In this document: positions 26,578 to 35,620 of the stretch, piece after piece
Numbering within the stretch: the stretch's first letter is position 1
How the letters are laid out: every line of letters begins with the position of its first letter
Assembly (NCBI GenBank): GCA_945864585.1
Contig: CAMBCF010000001.1
Span: forward strand, 3,825-67,824
DNA: 64,000 nucleotides
Reading direction: 5' to 3'
From: Bordetella parapertussis
Lineage (GTDB): Bacteria > Pseudomonadota > Gammaproteobacteria > Burkholderiales > SG8-41
The notes under the pieces: model-generated
What the model saw: only the letters and a program-made list of their open reading frames with translations
Databases searched by the model: none
What the model was told of the DNA's origin: nothing
Made by a program: the position numbers and the translations under genes

Positions 26578-27546
26578 ATGGTGAGACCGTATTCAGCGTT
26601 ACGCGTGCTGGCGGCAGTTGTCGCGGCGTCGGGCGCGACAGCGCTGGCGCAGACCTACCCCAGCAAACCCATCCGCCTCGTCACCGCCGAGGCCGGTGGC
26701 GGTAACGACTTCACCGCGCGCGCTATTGTGCGGGGTCTGGGAGACAGCCTGGGTCAGCAACTGATCGTGGACAATCGCGGCGGCGCCGGCGGCATTATCG
26801 CCGCCGAAATCGCGGCGCGCGCGCCGCCTGACGGCTATACGCTGCTGGTTTACGCCAGCAATATCTGGATCATTCCGTTGTTGAAAAAAAATGTGCCCTA
26901 CGACATGGCGCGCGACTTTGTGCCGCTGACGTGGGCGGCGCGCTCGCCCAGTACGCTGGTGGTGCATCCCTCGCTGCCGGTAAAATCAGTCGGGGATCTC
27001 ATCGCGCTCGCCAAAGCCAAACCCGGCCAGCTCAACTATGGTTCGGGTGGTTCGGGCGCCACCACGCATGTTGCGGCCGAGCTGTTCAAGTCGATGGCGA
27101 AAGTCAATATTGTGCGCGTCACCTACCGCGGAAACGCACCCGCGATCAATGACCTGATCGCCGGACAAACACAGGTGATGTTTGCAACCGCAGGCGCCGT
27201 AGCGCCCCATACCGGATCAGGCCGATTGAGGGCATTGGCGGTTACCAGCGCGCGGCCGACGCCGCTGGCGCCCGGCCTGCCTACTGTGGCCTCGGCGGGC
27301 CTGCCGGGATATGAGTCGCTGTCTATCTATGGCGTGTTCGCGCCGTCAAAAACTTCCGCCGCGATCATTCAGCAACTGAATCGCGAGATCGTGCGGGTGC
27401 TGCACAGAGCTGACATGAAGGCGCTGTTTCTTAACGCCGGAATAGAGGCGGTCGGCAGTACACCGGAAGCGTTTGCAGCAGCGATAAAAGCCGATGTTGC
27501 ACGTATGAGCAAGGTGATCAACGAAGCAGGTATCCGTGAAGATTGA
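26578..27546 (+). CDS. Bug-family (TctC-like) substrate-binding protein
   Basis: YPSKPIRLVTAEAGGGND, LGQQLIVDNRGGAGG. Confidence 0.9.
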   Translation: MVRPYSALRVLAAVVAASGATALAQTYPSKPIRLVTAEAGGGNDFTARAIVRGLGDSLGQQLIVDNRGGAGGIIAAEIAARAPPDGYTLLVYASNIWIIPLLKKNVPYDMARDFVPLTWAARSPSTLVVHPSLPVKSVGDLIALAKAKPGQLNYGSGGSGATTHVAAELFKSMAKVNIVRVTYRGNAPAINDLIAGQTQVMFATAGAVAPHTGSGRLRALAVTSARPTPLAPGLPTVASAGLPGYESLSIYGVFAPSKTSAAIIQQLNREIVRVLHRADMKALFLNAGIEAVGSTPEAFAAAIKADVARMSKVINEAGIRED

Positions 27547-27559
27547 GGAGGAGACTATT

Positions 27560-28147
27560 ATGAAATCTGATTCCGTTACCGGTGGCACGCCGCGATTCAA
27601 GCCGCTGGCCGAAAGCGACATGAGCGAGGCGCAGCTTCAGGCTGCGCGCGAACTTGCCAGCGGCCCACGTGGCAAGCTGAACCCGGACGGGCCCAATGCC
27701 GTGCTGCTGCGCAGTCCTGATCTGATGAGCCGCACTCAAAAGGTCGGTGCGTATCTTCGCTACAGCAGCGCGCTGCCGGCGCGGCTTAACGAATTCGCTA
27801 TTATTATCACCGCACGCCAGTGGAATGCGCAGGTCGAATGGCTCGCCCACCAGCCACTGGCCCTGAAAGCCGGACTCAACCCGGCGGTGGCTGAAGACCT
27901 GGCGCGGGGCTTGCGCCCCACGGGCATGCAGGACGATGAAGCGATCATTTACCAATTTTGCACGGAACTGCATGAGACCAAGGGCGTCAGCGACGTCGCC
28001 TTCAAGGCGGTGGCGGACAAGTTTGGCGAGCGTGGTGTGGTGGACCTTATTGCATTGACCGGTTACTACACCATGCTGGCGATGGTGCTCAATGTGGCGC
28101 AGCAACCGTTGCCGGGAGGCGTGCCGCCGCCGTTAGCGCCGCTGTAG
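27560..28147 (+). CDS. Carboxymuconolactone decarboxylase family protein
   Basis: The CMD-like helical protein ...EFAIIITARQWNAQVEWLAH.... ATG 27560 is preceded by GAGGAGGAG. Confidence 0.75.
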   Translation: MKSDSVTGGTPRFKPLAESDMSEAQLQAARELASGPRGKLNPDGPNAVLLRSPDLMSRTQKVGAYLRYSSALPARLNEFAIIITARQWNAQVEWLAHQPLALKAGLNPAVAEDLARGLRPTGMQDDEAIIYQFCTELHETKGVSDVAFKAVADKFGERGVVDLIALTGYYTMLAMVLNVAQQPLPGGVPPPLAPL

Positions 28148-28193
28148 TGAGGCGGCCTGCGGTGTGGCGCGTGCGCGCTGTCCAGGCTAAAGC

Positions 28194-28221
28194 GCGCATA
28201 ACGCATAGCGCATAGCGCACG
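28194..28221. repeat. Heptamer tandem repeat (GCGCATA-like) x4
   Basis: gcgcata acgcata gcgcata gcgcacg, giving ATA(A/G) stop-containing heptads downstream of the CMD gene. Confidence 0.6.
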
Positions 28222-28262
28222 ACCAGGGCGACAACAGGCCGGCTGGCCCGTTATTGCCGCCC

Positions 28263-28700
28263 TCATGTTGCGCGGCGTGATTGTGTCCAAGCGACAAGAA
28301 TCCTGTCGCCAAGGTCGTCTCTAAAAAGCAGGCGGCGGCTGAAACCGGCAATATGCACCGCCACCCGATTCGCGAACCAAACCTTTACGTGTTCGCATCG
28401 TTCCACCGCGGACCACGGGATCACCAGCTGAGGATGCAGAAAACGGAAAGGAAACAGCACCGATAGCGCGAAGCACTTAGCGCCGACCGTGGCAAAAAGA
28501 GTGCTGCGGTAACTGACGGGGAACGCTTCCCACCCCATAGACCCCGAGCGAAAGCGAAATTGTTCGCCATCAAAGAGTTCATCGCTCTTAAACCGCGCGG
28601 CTAAGTGGAACCACCCGCCCAGAAGCGAAAGCACGCCGCAGATCACCAGCCACAACACTACGAAAGCAGGCAGGAACCAATCGGAATTCAGAAAGGGCAC
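28263..28700 (-). CDS. Hypothetical membrane protein
   Basis: An N-terminal TM helix (FLPAFVVLWLVICGVLSLLGGWF) and coding-like codon usage. No recognisable family. Confidence 0.45.
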   Translation of the reverse strand: MPFLNSDWFLPAFVVLWLVICGVLSLLGGWFHLAARFKSDELFDGEQFRFRSGSMGWEAFPVSYRSTLFATVGAKCFALSVLFPFRFLHPQLVIPWSAVERCEHVKVWFANRVAVHIAGFSRRLLFRDDLGDRILVAWTQSRRAT

Positions 28701-28736
28701 GATTTTTCTTCGTCGTCTAACGTTTAGGCAATCAAA

Positions 28737-30266
28737 TCAATCCGCCGCTGCGATCTCAGCCCCGTCATCGGTCGTATTCAGCCCGCTGATCTTCACGTCG
28801 TATCCTATCTTTTCCCAATCGCGGATTTCTGCGCCGAGCACGGTGTTGGTGAGCGGGTTGCGCAGCAGCCAGGCGGGGTCGATGGCGAGCCTGAATTTGC
28901 CTGCGCTGGCCTTGGCCGAAAGGATGCGCGGATTGTTCGCGGTGCGCCGCTGGCACAGCAACACCGCGATGCGCAGCGCGAATACGCTGCGCCAGTCTAT
29001 CGATTGATCCAGCTCGGGCAGCAGTTTTTTCAGTGAGCGCCGGTGCGCGAGCAGCAGTTGCGCGATGCGCTGCTGCTCTTCGCGCGTGAAGCCGGGCATG
29101 TCGGCGTTAGCGGCGATGTATGCAGCGTGGCGATGATAGCTGCTGTAAGCGACGGAGATGCCGATCTCGTGCAGTTGCGCGGCCCACGCCAGCTCGTGCG
29201 CGCCGCGCGCATCCTCGCCCGCCATCTGCTGGTATAGATTGAGCGCAAGCTGGCTTACGCGCCGCGCTTGCGGCGCATCGACATGGTAACGCTGCATGAA
29301 CTGGCTGACGGTGGCGTCGCGCGTATCGTGGTGGCTCTTGCGGCCCAGCATATCAAGCAGTATGCCTTCGCGCATGGCGCCATCGGCCACGGTCATGTGC
29401 GTGATGTCGAGTTCTGACAGCACCGCGCTCATGATGGCCAGGCCGCCGGGCAGCACCGATGCGCGCTCGTCGCGCAGACCTTCGATGCCGATGCGCGCCA
29501 TATGTGCCATGTCACCGGCCATGATCAACTGTGCGCGCAGCCGCTCCAGCCCGTCCGGGGTAATGCCCGATGCGCCCGCGTTATTCAGCCCATTCAGTTG
29601 CAACACCTGCGCCAGTGCGCGCGCGGTGCCGGATGAACCGACGGCGTGTTTCCAATTGCCATGTGAGAATCCCGCCACGATGTGCTGCAATTCGGCGCGC
29701 GCGGCAAGTTCGGCCTGTTTGAAAGCGCCTTTGCTGAGTTTGCCATCGCCAAAATAACGCCCGCTGAATGATACGCAGCCCATGTAAAGACTATCGAGGC
29801 GCTGCGGCTCGTAGCCTTCGCCGACGATACATTCGGTAGAGCCGCCACCGATATCCACCACCAGCCGCCGCTCATTGGAAACCGGCAGACTGTGCGCGAC
29901 ACCCAGATAAATCAGCCGTGCTTCTTCGCGGCCGGCAATGACCTCAATGGGAAAGCCGAGAGCGGCCTCGGCTTTTTTCAAAAACACCGCGGCGTTTTTC
30001 GCCACGCGCAAGGTGTTGGTACCGAGCGCGCTCACCTCACTGGCTTGAAAGCTGCGCAAGCGTTCGCCGAAGCGGTGCAGGCAGGCGATGGCGCGCGCTT
30101 GTGACGGCTCGTCAAGCATTTTATTGTCGTCAAGGCCTGCGCCCAGGCGCACCGGTTCGCGCAGGCCGTCGAGCGGGTAGGTTTGATTGCCATCCACGCG
30201 CGCGATCTGACAGTGAAACGAGTTCGAGCCCAGGTCCACGGCGGCGATCGTAGTGTACTCGGACAC
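28737..30266 (-). CDS. ppx: Exopolyphosphatase (Ppx/GppA family)
   Basis: IAAVDLGSNSFHCQIARV, ...VVDIGGGSTE..., C-terminal HD-like domain, 509 aa. Confidence 0.92.
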   Translation of the reverse strand: MSEYTTIAAVDLGSNSFHCQIARVDGNQTYPLDGLREPVRLGAGLDDNKMLDEPSQARAIACLHRFGERLRSFQASEVSALGTNTLRVAKNAAVFLKKAEAALGFPIEVIAGREEARLIYLGVAHSLPVSNERRLVVDIGGGSTECIVGEGYEPQRLDSLYMGCVSFSGRYFGDGKLSKGAFKQAELAARAELQHIVAGFSHGNWKHAVGSSGTARALAQVLQLNGLNNAGASGITPDGLERLRAQLIMAGDMAHMARIGIEGLRDERASVLPGGLAIMSAVLSELDITHMTVADGAMREGILLDMLGRKSHHDTRDATVSQFMQRYHVDAPQARRVSQLALNLYQQMAGEDARGAHELAWAAQLHEIGISVAYSSYHRHAAYIAANADMPGFTREEQQRIAQLLLAHRRSLKKLLPELDQSIDWRSVFALRIAVLLCQRRTANNPRILSAKASAGKFRLAIDPAWLLRNPLTNTVLGAEIRDWEKIGYDVKISGLNTTDDGAEIAAAD

Positions 30267-30271
30267 AGCAG

Positions 30272-30940
30272 TTAACTATTTGTTTTTATTATGGTTTTTA
30301 CATCGTCTGCGGTGCCCAGCAGTAACACGTCGGCACCGCGTCGCGCGAACAGGCCGTTGCTGACAACGCCGACAATTTGATTCAGTGCGGCCTCCAGCTC
30401 CATGGGTTTGGTGATCGACATATTGTGTATGTCGAGTATCAGGTTGCCGTTGTCGGTGGTGAAGCCCTGCCGCCACGCGGGCTGGCCGCCGAGCTTGACG
30501 ATCTCGCGCGCCACGTACGAGCGCGCCATGGAAACCACTTCCACCGGCAGCGGAAATTTGCCGAGCACATCCACCAGTTTCGATTGATCGGCGATACACA
30601 CGAATTTGCGCGCCACCGCGGCAACGATTTTCTCGCGCGTGAGCGCGCCGCCGCCGCCTTTGATCATCGCCAGGTGCGATGTGATTTCATCCGCGCCATC
30701 GACGTACAGCGGTAGATCCTTTACGCCGTTAAGATCATAAACCGCGATGCCCAGCGCTTTGAGTTTTTGCGCCGTGCTCTCGGAGCTGGCCACCGCGCCA
30801 TCGATGCGATGCCTGATTTTGCCCAGTGCGGTGATAAAAAAATCCGCGGTGGAGCCGGTGCCCACACCCACCACGCTGCCGTCTTCGACGTAGCGTATCG
30901 CAGCCTCGGCGGCTGCCTGTTTCATCTCATTTTGATTCAT
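30272..30940 (-). CDS. rpiA: Ribose-5-phosphate isomerase A
   Basis: [14 protein letters not shown], ...DGADEI...[14 protein letters not shown]. Confidence 0.95.
   Translation of the reverse strand: MNQNEMKQAAAEAAIRYVEDGSVVGVGTGSTADFFITALGKIRHRIDGAVASSESTAQKLKALGIAVYDLNGVKDLPLYVDGADEITSHLAMIKGGGGALTREKIVAAVARKFVCIADQSKLVDVLGKFPLPVEVVSMARSYVAREIVKLGGQPAWRQGFTTDNGNLILDIHNMSITKPMELEAALNQIVGVVSNGLFARRGADVLLLGTADDVKTIIKTNS
30273..30292 (+). promoter_or_regulatory. AT-rich box copy 4 (TAACTATTTGTTTTTATTAT)
   Basis: Overlaps the last codons and stop of rpiA on the opposite strand (encodes ...IIKTNS*). It lies 6 nt from the ppx start. Confidence 0.5.
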
Positions 30941-31023
30941 CCGCTAATGATAATCTTCAAAGGCTGCGCTGTACAGTCTGCAAGCGTGCATCCTAGCGCT
31001 GATTCCTGCTAACCTAGCGCACT

Positions 31024-32538
31024 ATGACAACTCCTGATTACCTCCGGCGCATACTCGGCGCGCGGGTTTACGACGTAGCCATCGAGTCGCCGCTGGATTT
31101 TGCGCCCAATTTGTCCCGGCGCCTCAACCATCGCGTGCTGATCAAGCGCGAGGATTTGCAGCCGGTGTTTTCGTTCAAGCTGCGCGGCGCGTACAACAAA
31201 ATGGTGCGCTTGCCGAAGGCGGCGCTGGATCGCGGCGTGATTGCCGCCTCCGCCGGCAACCACGCACAGGGGGTGGCGCTGGCGGCGCAAAAGCTGCGCG
31301 GCAAGGCAACGATAGTGATGCCGGTAACCACGCCGCAAATCAAGGTGGAAGCCGTGCGCGCGCGCGGCGCACGTGTGCTGCTGCATGGGGATAGCTACGA
31401 GGAATCCTACGCTCATGCGAAAATTATTGAACAAAAACAAAAACTTACGTTTGTACATCCGTACGACGATCCGGATGTGATCGCAGGCCAGGGCACCATC
31501 GGCATGGAAATTTTGCGCCAACACGCGGCGCCGATCGATGCGATTTTTGTGCCGGTCGGCGGCGGTGGTTTGATTGCCGGCATCGCCGCCTACGTCAAGC
31601 GGCTGCGGCCCGAGATCAAAGTGATAGGTGTTGAGCCGGAAGATGCCGACGCCATGTATCAGTCACTGAAAGCGGGGCGCCGCGTCAAGCTCGATCAGGT
31701 GGGATTGTTCGCCGATGGGGTGGCGGTCAGGCAGGTGGGTGCGGAAACCTTCCGCCTGTGCCGCACGCTGGTGGATGACATTATCCGCGTTGATACCGAC
31801 GCCATCTGCGCCGCGATCAAGGATGTGTTTACCGACACCCGCGTGATCCTCGAACCGGCGGGCGCGCTCGGCGTCGCCGGCGCGAAGACCTACGCCGCGA
31901 AAACCCGCGCGCGCGGACAAACGCTGATCACGGTCGCCAGCGGCGCCAATATGAATTTCGACCGCCTGCGTTTCGTGGCGGAACAAGCGGAACTCGGCGA
32001 GCACCGCGAAGCCATACTCGCCGTGACCATTCCCGAAAGACCCGGCAGTTTCAAGGCATTTTGCGAATTGCTGGGGCCGCGCAACGTCACCGAATTCAAT
32101 TACCGCTACGACGACCCTGCAGCCGCGCAGGTGTTTGTGGGTGTGCAGATTAAAAATCGCGACGAAACCGCGCGCCTCACGCGCGCCCTGCGCCGCGCCG
32201 GACTTAAAACCCACGACTTGAGCAACAACGATCTCGCCAAACTGCATGTGCGGCACACCGTGGGCGGCCACGCGCCGTCAGTGAATAATGAAATACTTTA
32301 CCGCTTTGAATTCCCCGAGCGCCCGGGCGCGCTGATGCGGTTTTTGACCAGCATGAGCCGCGGCTGGAACATCAGCCTGTTTCATTACCGTAACCACGGC
32401 GCCGACTACGGCCGCGTGCTGGTAGGCATGCAGGTGCCGCCACAGGACAAAAAGCAATTTCAGGCGTTTCTCGACAAGGTGGGTTATCCGTACTGCGATG
32501 AGAGCCGCAATCCGGCGTATCGACTCTTTCTTGGGTAG
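31024..32538 (+). CDS. ilvA: Threonine ammonia-lyase, biosynthetic (two ACT-like C-terminal domains)
   Basis: FSFKLRGAYN (PLP lysine), GNHAQGVALAA, 504 aa. Confidence 0.95.
   Translation: MTTPDYLRRILGARVYDVAIESPLDFAPNLSRRLNHRVLIKREDLQPVFSFKLRGAYNKMVRLPKAALDRGVIAASAGNHAQGVALAAQKLRGKATIVMPVTTPQIKVEAVRARGARVLLHGDSYEESYAHAKIIEQKQKLTFVHPYDDPDVIAGQGTIGMEILRQHAAPIDAIFVPVGGGGLIAGIAAYVKRLRPEIKVIGVEPEDADAMYQSLKAGRRVKLDQVGLFADGVAVRQVGAETFRLCRTLVDDIIRVDTDAICAAIKDVFTDTRVILEPAGALGVAGAKTYAAKTRARGQTLITVASGANMNFDRLRFVAEQAELGEHREAILAVTIPERPGSFKAFCELLGPRNVTEFNYRYDDPAAAQVFVGVQIKNRDETARLTRALRRAGLKTHDLSNNDLAKLHVRHTVGGHAPSVNNEILYRFEFPERPGALMRFLTSMSRGWNISLFHYRNHGADYGRVLVGMQVPPQDKKQFQAFLDKVGYPYCDESRNPAYRLFLG
31428..31447 (-). 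promoter_or_regulatory. AT-rich box copy 9, degenerate, inside ilvA coding sequence
   Basis: The minus strand reads TAAGTTTTTGTTTTTGTTCA. On the plus strand it encodes ...IEQKQKLT... of IlvA. Confidence 0.35.
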
Positions 32539-32547
32539 GGCTTTGCT

Positions 32548-32647
32548 CAGTGTTTAGTTTTGAGTGTTTAGTTTTGAGTTGAGAGCGGTCGGGAAGGAGA
32601 GCGATCCTGGCTGCGAAAACGCAACACTCAAAACTAAGCACTCAACA
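32548..32647. repeat. Heptad-repeat hairpin (TGTTTAG/TTTTGAG units) after ilvA
   Basis: The left arm, tgtttagttttgag x2 (32551-32585), pairs with aacactcaaaactaagcactcaaca (32623-32647). Confidence 0.7.
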
Positions 32648-32656
32648 TTCGATAGA

Positions 32657-34576
32657 ATGACCCACATGACACTCTCGAAAATACTTCCACTGCTGCTGCT
32701 CGCCGCCAACGCCTGCGCCGCAGCCGGCGATGATGATTTCCTGGCGATGCGCGAGGCCTTCCGTGTCAACGACACGCGCAAGCTGGAGCTTTACGCGCCG
32801 CGCCTGAAAGGCCATGTGCTGGAGCCGTATGCGGCGTACTGGCAACTGCGCTCGCGGCTGGAGGATGCCGCGCCGGAGACCGTGCGTGCGTTTCTGGCTG
32901 AATACAAGGATACCTTCGTTGCCGAGCGCATGCGCAGCGACTGGCTTAAACGGCTGGGCAACAGGCAGCAATGGGAGTTGTTCGAGGCGGAACGCGCGGC
33001 GCTGGTGGATGATGATGTGGACATTACCTGCTACGGATTGCAGGCGCGCGCGCGCACCGACGCCACTGCGGTACGCGAGGCGCGTTCGCTGTGGTTTACT
33101 GAAAAGGACACACCGGCAAGCTGCGCGCCGCTATTCGCTGCGCTGGCGGCGGCCAATCAACTGAGCGTGCAGGATGTGTGGGGGCGTGTGCGCATGGCGC
33201 TGGCGGCCGGGCAGGTGGGCGTGGCGAGCCGGGTGGCTGCCTATCTGCCCGCGGGTCAGGCGCCCAATCCCGCGCTGTTGTCCGCGGTCTCGCAAAATCC
33301 CGCGGCGCAGCTGGCGCGGCCCCTGGATGCAGGCAGCCGCGCCGCGCGCGAAACCACCATGTTCGCGGCCTACCGTCTGGCGCGCTCCGCGCCGCAACAG
33401 ACGGCCGCGCAGTGGTCGGCGATGGAAGCAAAATTCACCGAGGAAGAACGCGCATTTGTGTGGGGCCACATCGGCCTGCAGGGCGCGTTGCGGCATCGCC
33501 CGGAAACGCTGGCCTGGTACGCCAGAGCCGGCGATATGAACGATTATCAGTTGGAATGGAAAGCGCGCGCTGCATTGCGCGCCAGCGACTGGAAAACGCT
33601 GATTGCTGCGGTGGATGTGATGGTGGTGGAAGGTCAGGATTCGCCGTGGCGCTATTGGAAAGCGCGCGCCTTGAAAGCGACCGGGCGCGACGCCGAAGCG
33701 CTGGCACTGTTAAAGCCGTTGTCGCAGGAGTTCATTTTTTATGGGCAGTTGGCGCTGGAAGAACTGGGCGGCAAGGTGAGTGCGCCGCCCGCGGCCTACA
33801 CGCCGACGGCAGCGGAAATTCAGGCGATGAGTCAGAACCCCGGCATACGCCGCGCAATCGCGCTGTACGCGCTCGGCATGCGCGTGGAAGCAAACCGCGA
33901 ATGGATGTGGACGCTGCGTGACCTCGATGATCGCAAGCTGATTGCGGTGGCGGAAGTCGCCAAGCGCGCCGATCTTCCCGACCGGGTAATCAATACTGCG
34001 GAGAAAACACAGTCAGTGCATGATTTCCGCTTGCGCTATTTCGCGCCGTATCATGATGTTTTGAAAGTGCATGCCGCGCGCCAGGGCCTGGATGAAGCCT
34101 GGGTGCTGGGTTTGATCCGGCAGGAAAGCCGCTTCATGGCCGACGTGCGTTCCAGTGCCGGCGCGATGGGCCTGATGCAATTGATGCCGGGCACCGCGCA
34201 GTGGGTGGCGGGGAAAATGGGTCTCAAAAACTGGCGCTGGTCGGGCGTCACCGATGTCGATACCAATATCAGTTTGGGCACCTACTACCTGCGCCATGTG
34301 CTGGATTACCTCGATGGCAATCCGGCGCTTGCGTCCGCTGCCTACAACGCCGGGCCGGGACGCGCGCGCGCGTGGCGGCCCGAGCGCACGATGGAAGCCG
34401 CTGCGTGGGCGGAGACGATACCGTTCAATGAGACGCGGCACTACGTCAAACTGGTGATGGCCAACGCCAGTTATTACGCGAATCTACTTTCGCAGCAGGC
34501 GCAATCGCTGCGCGCACGCATCGGCGACGTGGGACCGGCACGACCAGCAGAAAAATCGCTGGGGGATACGCCTTGA
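32657..34576 (+). CDS. slt: Soluble lytic murein transglycosylase (Slt70-like)
   Basis: Signal peptide, superhelical N-domain, C-terminal SLT motif ESRFMADVRSSAGAMGLMQLMPGTA...AYNAG. Start at MTHMTLSKI. Confidence 0.9.
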   Translation: MTHMTLSKILPLLLLAANACAAAGDDDFLAMREAFRVNDTRKLELYAPRLKGHVLEPYAAYWQLRSRLEDAAPETVRAFLAEYKDTFVAERMRSDWLKRLGNRQQWELFEAERAALVDDDVDITCYGLQARARTDATAVREARSLWFTEKDTPASCAPLFAALAAANQLSVQDVWGRVRMALAAGQVGVASRVAAYLPAGQAPNPALLSAVSQNPAAQLARPLDAGSRAARETTMFAAYRLARSAPQQTAAQWSAMEAKFTEEERAFVWGHIGLQGALRHRPETLAWYARAGDMNDYQLEWKARAALRASDWKTLIAAVDVMVVEGQDSPWRYWKARALKATGRDAEALALLKPLSQEFIFYGQLALEELGGKVSAPPAAYTPTAAEIQAMSQNPGIRRAIALYALGMRVEANREWMWTLRDLDDRKLIAVAEVAKRADLPDRVINTAEKTQSVHDFRLRYFAPYHDVLKVHAARQGLDEAWVLGLIRQESRFMADVRSSAGAMGLMQLMPGTAQWVAGKMGLKNWRWSGVTDVDTNISLGTYYLRHVLDYLDGNPALASAAYNAGPGRARAWRPERTMEAAAWAETIPFNETRHYVKLVMANASYYANLLSQQAQSLRARIGDVGPARPAEKSLGDTP

Positions 34577-34580
34577 AGGG

Positions 34581-34608
34581 CGCGAGGCGTGAAGGGTGAG
34601 GCGTGAGG
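34581..34608. repeat. Heptamer tandem repeat (SGTGARG) x4 immediately after slt stop
   Basis: cgcgagg cgtgaag ggtgagg cgtgagg, with the slt TGA at 34574 in the same register. Confidence 0.6.
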
Positions 34609-34660
34609 AGGATGGGGTAAACTTGCCTCTCTCCAAGCCACTGTTTACCGATAGACCAAG

Positions 34661-35602
34661 ATGAGCATCACTACCATTTGTGTTTTGGGCGGATCGGGAT
34701 TTGTTGGCCGCCACGTGTGCGCGGCGCTGGCTGCGCGCGGGCTGCGGGTGCGCGTGCCCACGCGCAATCGCGAGCGCGCCAAGCATCTCACCCTGCTGCC
34801 GACGGTGGAACCGCTGACGGCCGACGTGCATGATGCGACCACGCTGACAGAAGTTGTGCGCGGCTGCGACGCGGTAATCAATCTGATCGGCGTGCTGCAT
34901 GACGGGCGCGGCAACGCAAGCTTTTCTGCCGCACATGTCGGATTGGCGCGCAAACTGGTGGCTGCCTGCCGCGAGACCGGTGTGCGGCGCTTGTTGCACA
35001 TGAGTTCTTTGAATGCGGCGGCCAATGCTCCGAGTGAATATCTGCGCAGCAAAGGTGAGGCCGAAGCCATCGTCCGCGCTTCCGGTCTGGATTTCACTCT
35101 ATTCAGGCCGTCGATTGTGTTTGGCCGGGAAGACAAATTTCTCAATATGTTCGCGGCGCTGCTCAAACGTTTTCCGCTGCTGATCGTGCCCGCCGCGCAC
35201 GCGCGGTTTCAACCGGTGTATGCGGGCGACGTGGCGCGGGTGTTCGCCGACGCGCTACAGCGCCAGGACAGCATCGGCCAAAGTTACGACCTGTGCGGCC
35301 CCACGGTCTACACCATGCAGGAACTCGCCGAGTTTGTGGCGAACACCACCGGGCACTGCCGCATGATTTTCGGCGCCGACAGCACGCTTACCAACATCAT
35401 GGCGTTTGCGATGGAATGTCTGCCAGGCCAAATGATGAGCCTCGACAATGTGCGTTCGATGACGCTCGACAGCGTGTGCCGGGATTGCACCTTGCCGTTT
35501 GGCATCGTGCCCGAAGCGCTGGCAGCGGTGGCGCCGGCGTGGCTCGCCTACCGCACGCCGCGCGGACGCTACGCGCACTTGCGCGACCGCACGCGAGTGT
35601 GA
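34661..35602 (+). CDS. NAD(P)H-binding, complex I NDUFA9-like / NmrA-like SDR family protein
   Basis: ICVLGGSGFVGRHV Rossmann motif, 313 aa. Confidence 0.8.
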   Translation: MSITTICVLGGSGFVGRHVCAALAARGLRVRVPTRNRERAKHLTLLPTVEPLTADVHDATTLTEVVRGCDAVINLIGVLHDGRGNASFSAAHVGLARKLVAACRETGVRRLLHMSSLNAAANAPSEYLRSKGEAEAIVRASGLDFTLFRPSIVFGREDKFLNMFAALLKRFPLLIVPAAHARFQPVYAGDVARVFADALQRQDSIGQSYDLCGPTVYTMQELAEFVANTTGHCRMIFGADSTLTNIMAFAMECLPGQMMSLDNVRSMTLDSVCRDCTLPFGIVPEALAAVAPAWLAYRTPRGRYAHLRDRTRV

Positions 35603-35620
35603 TGTAACAATCTGTTTTAA

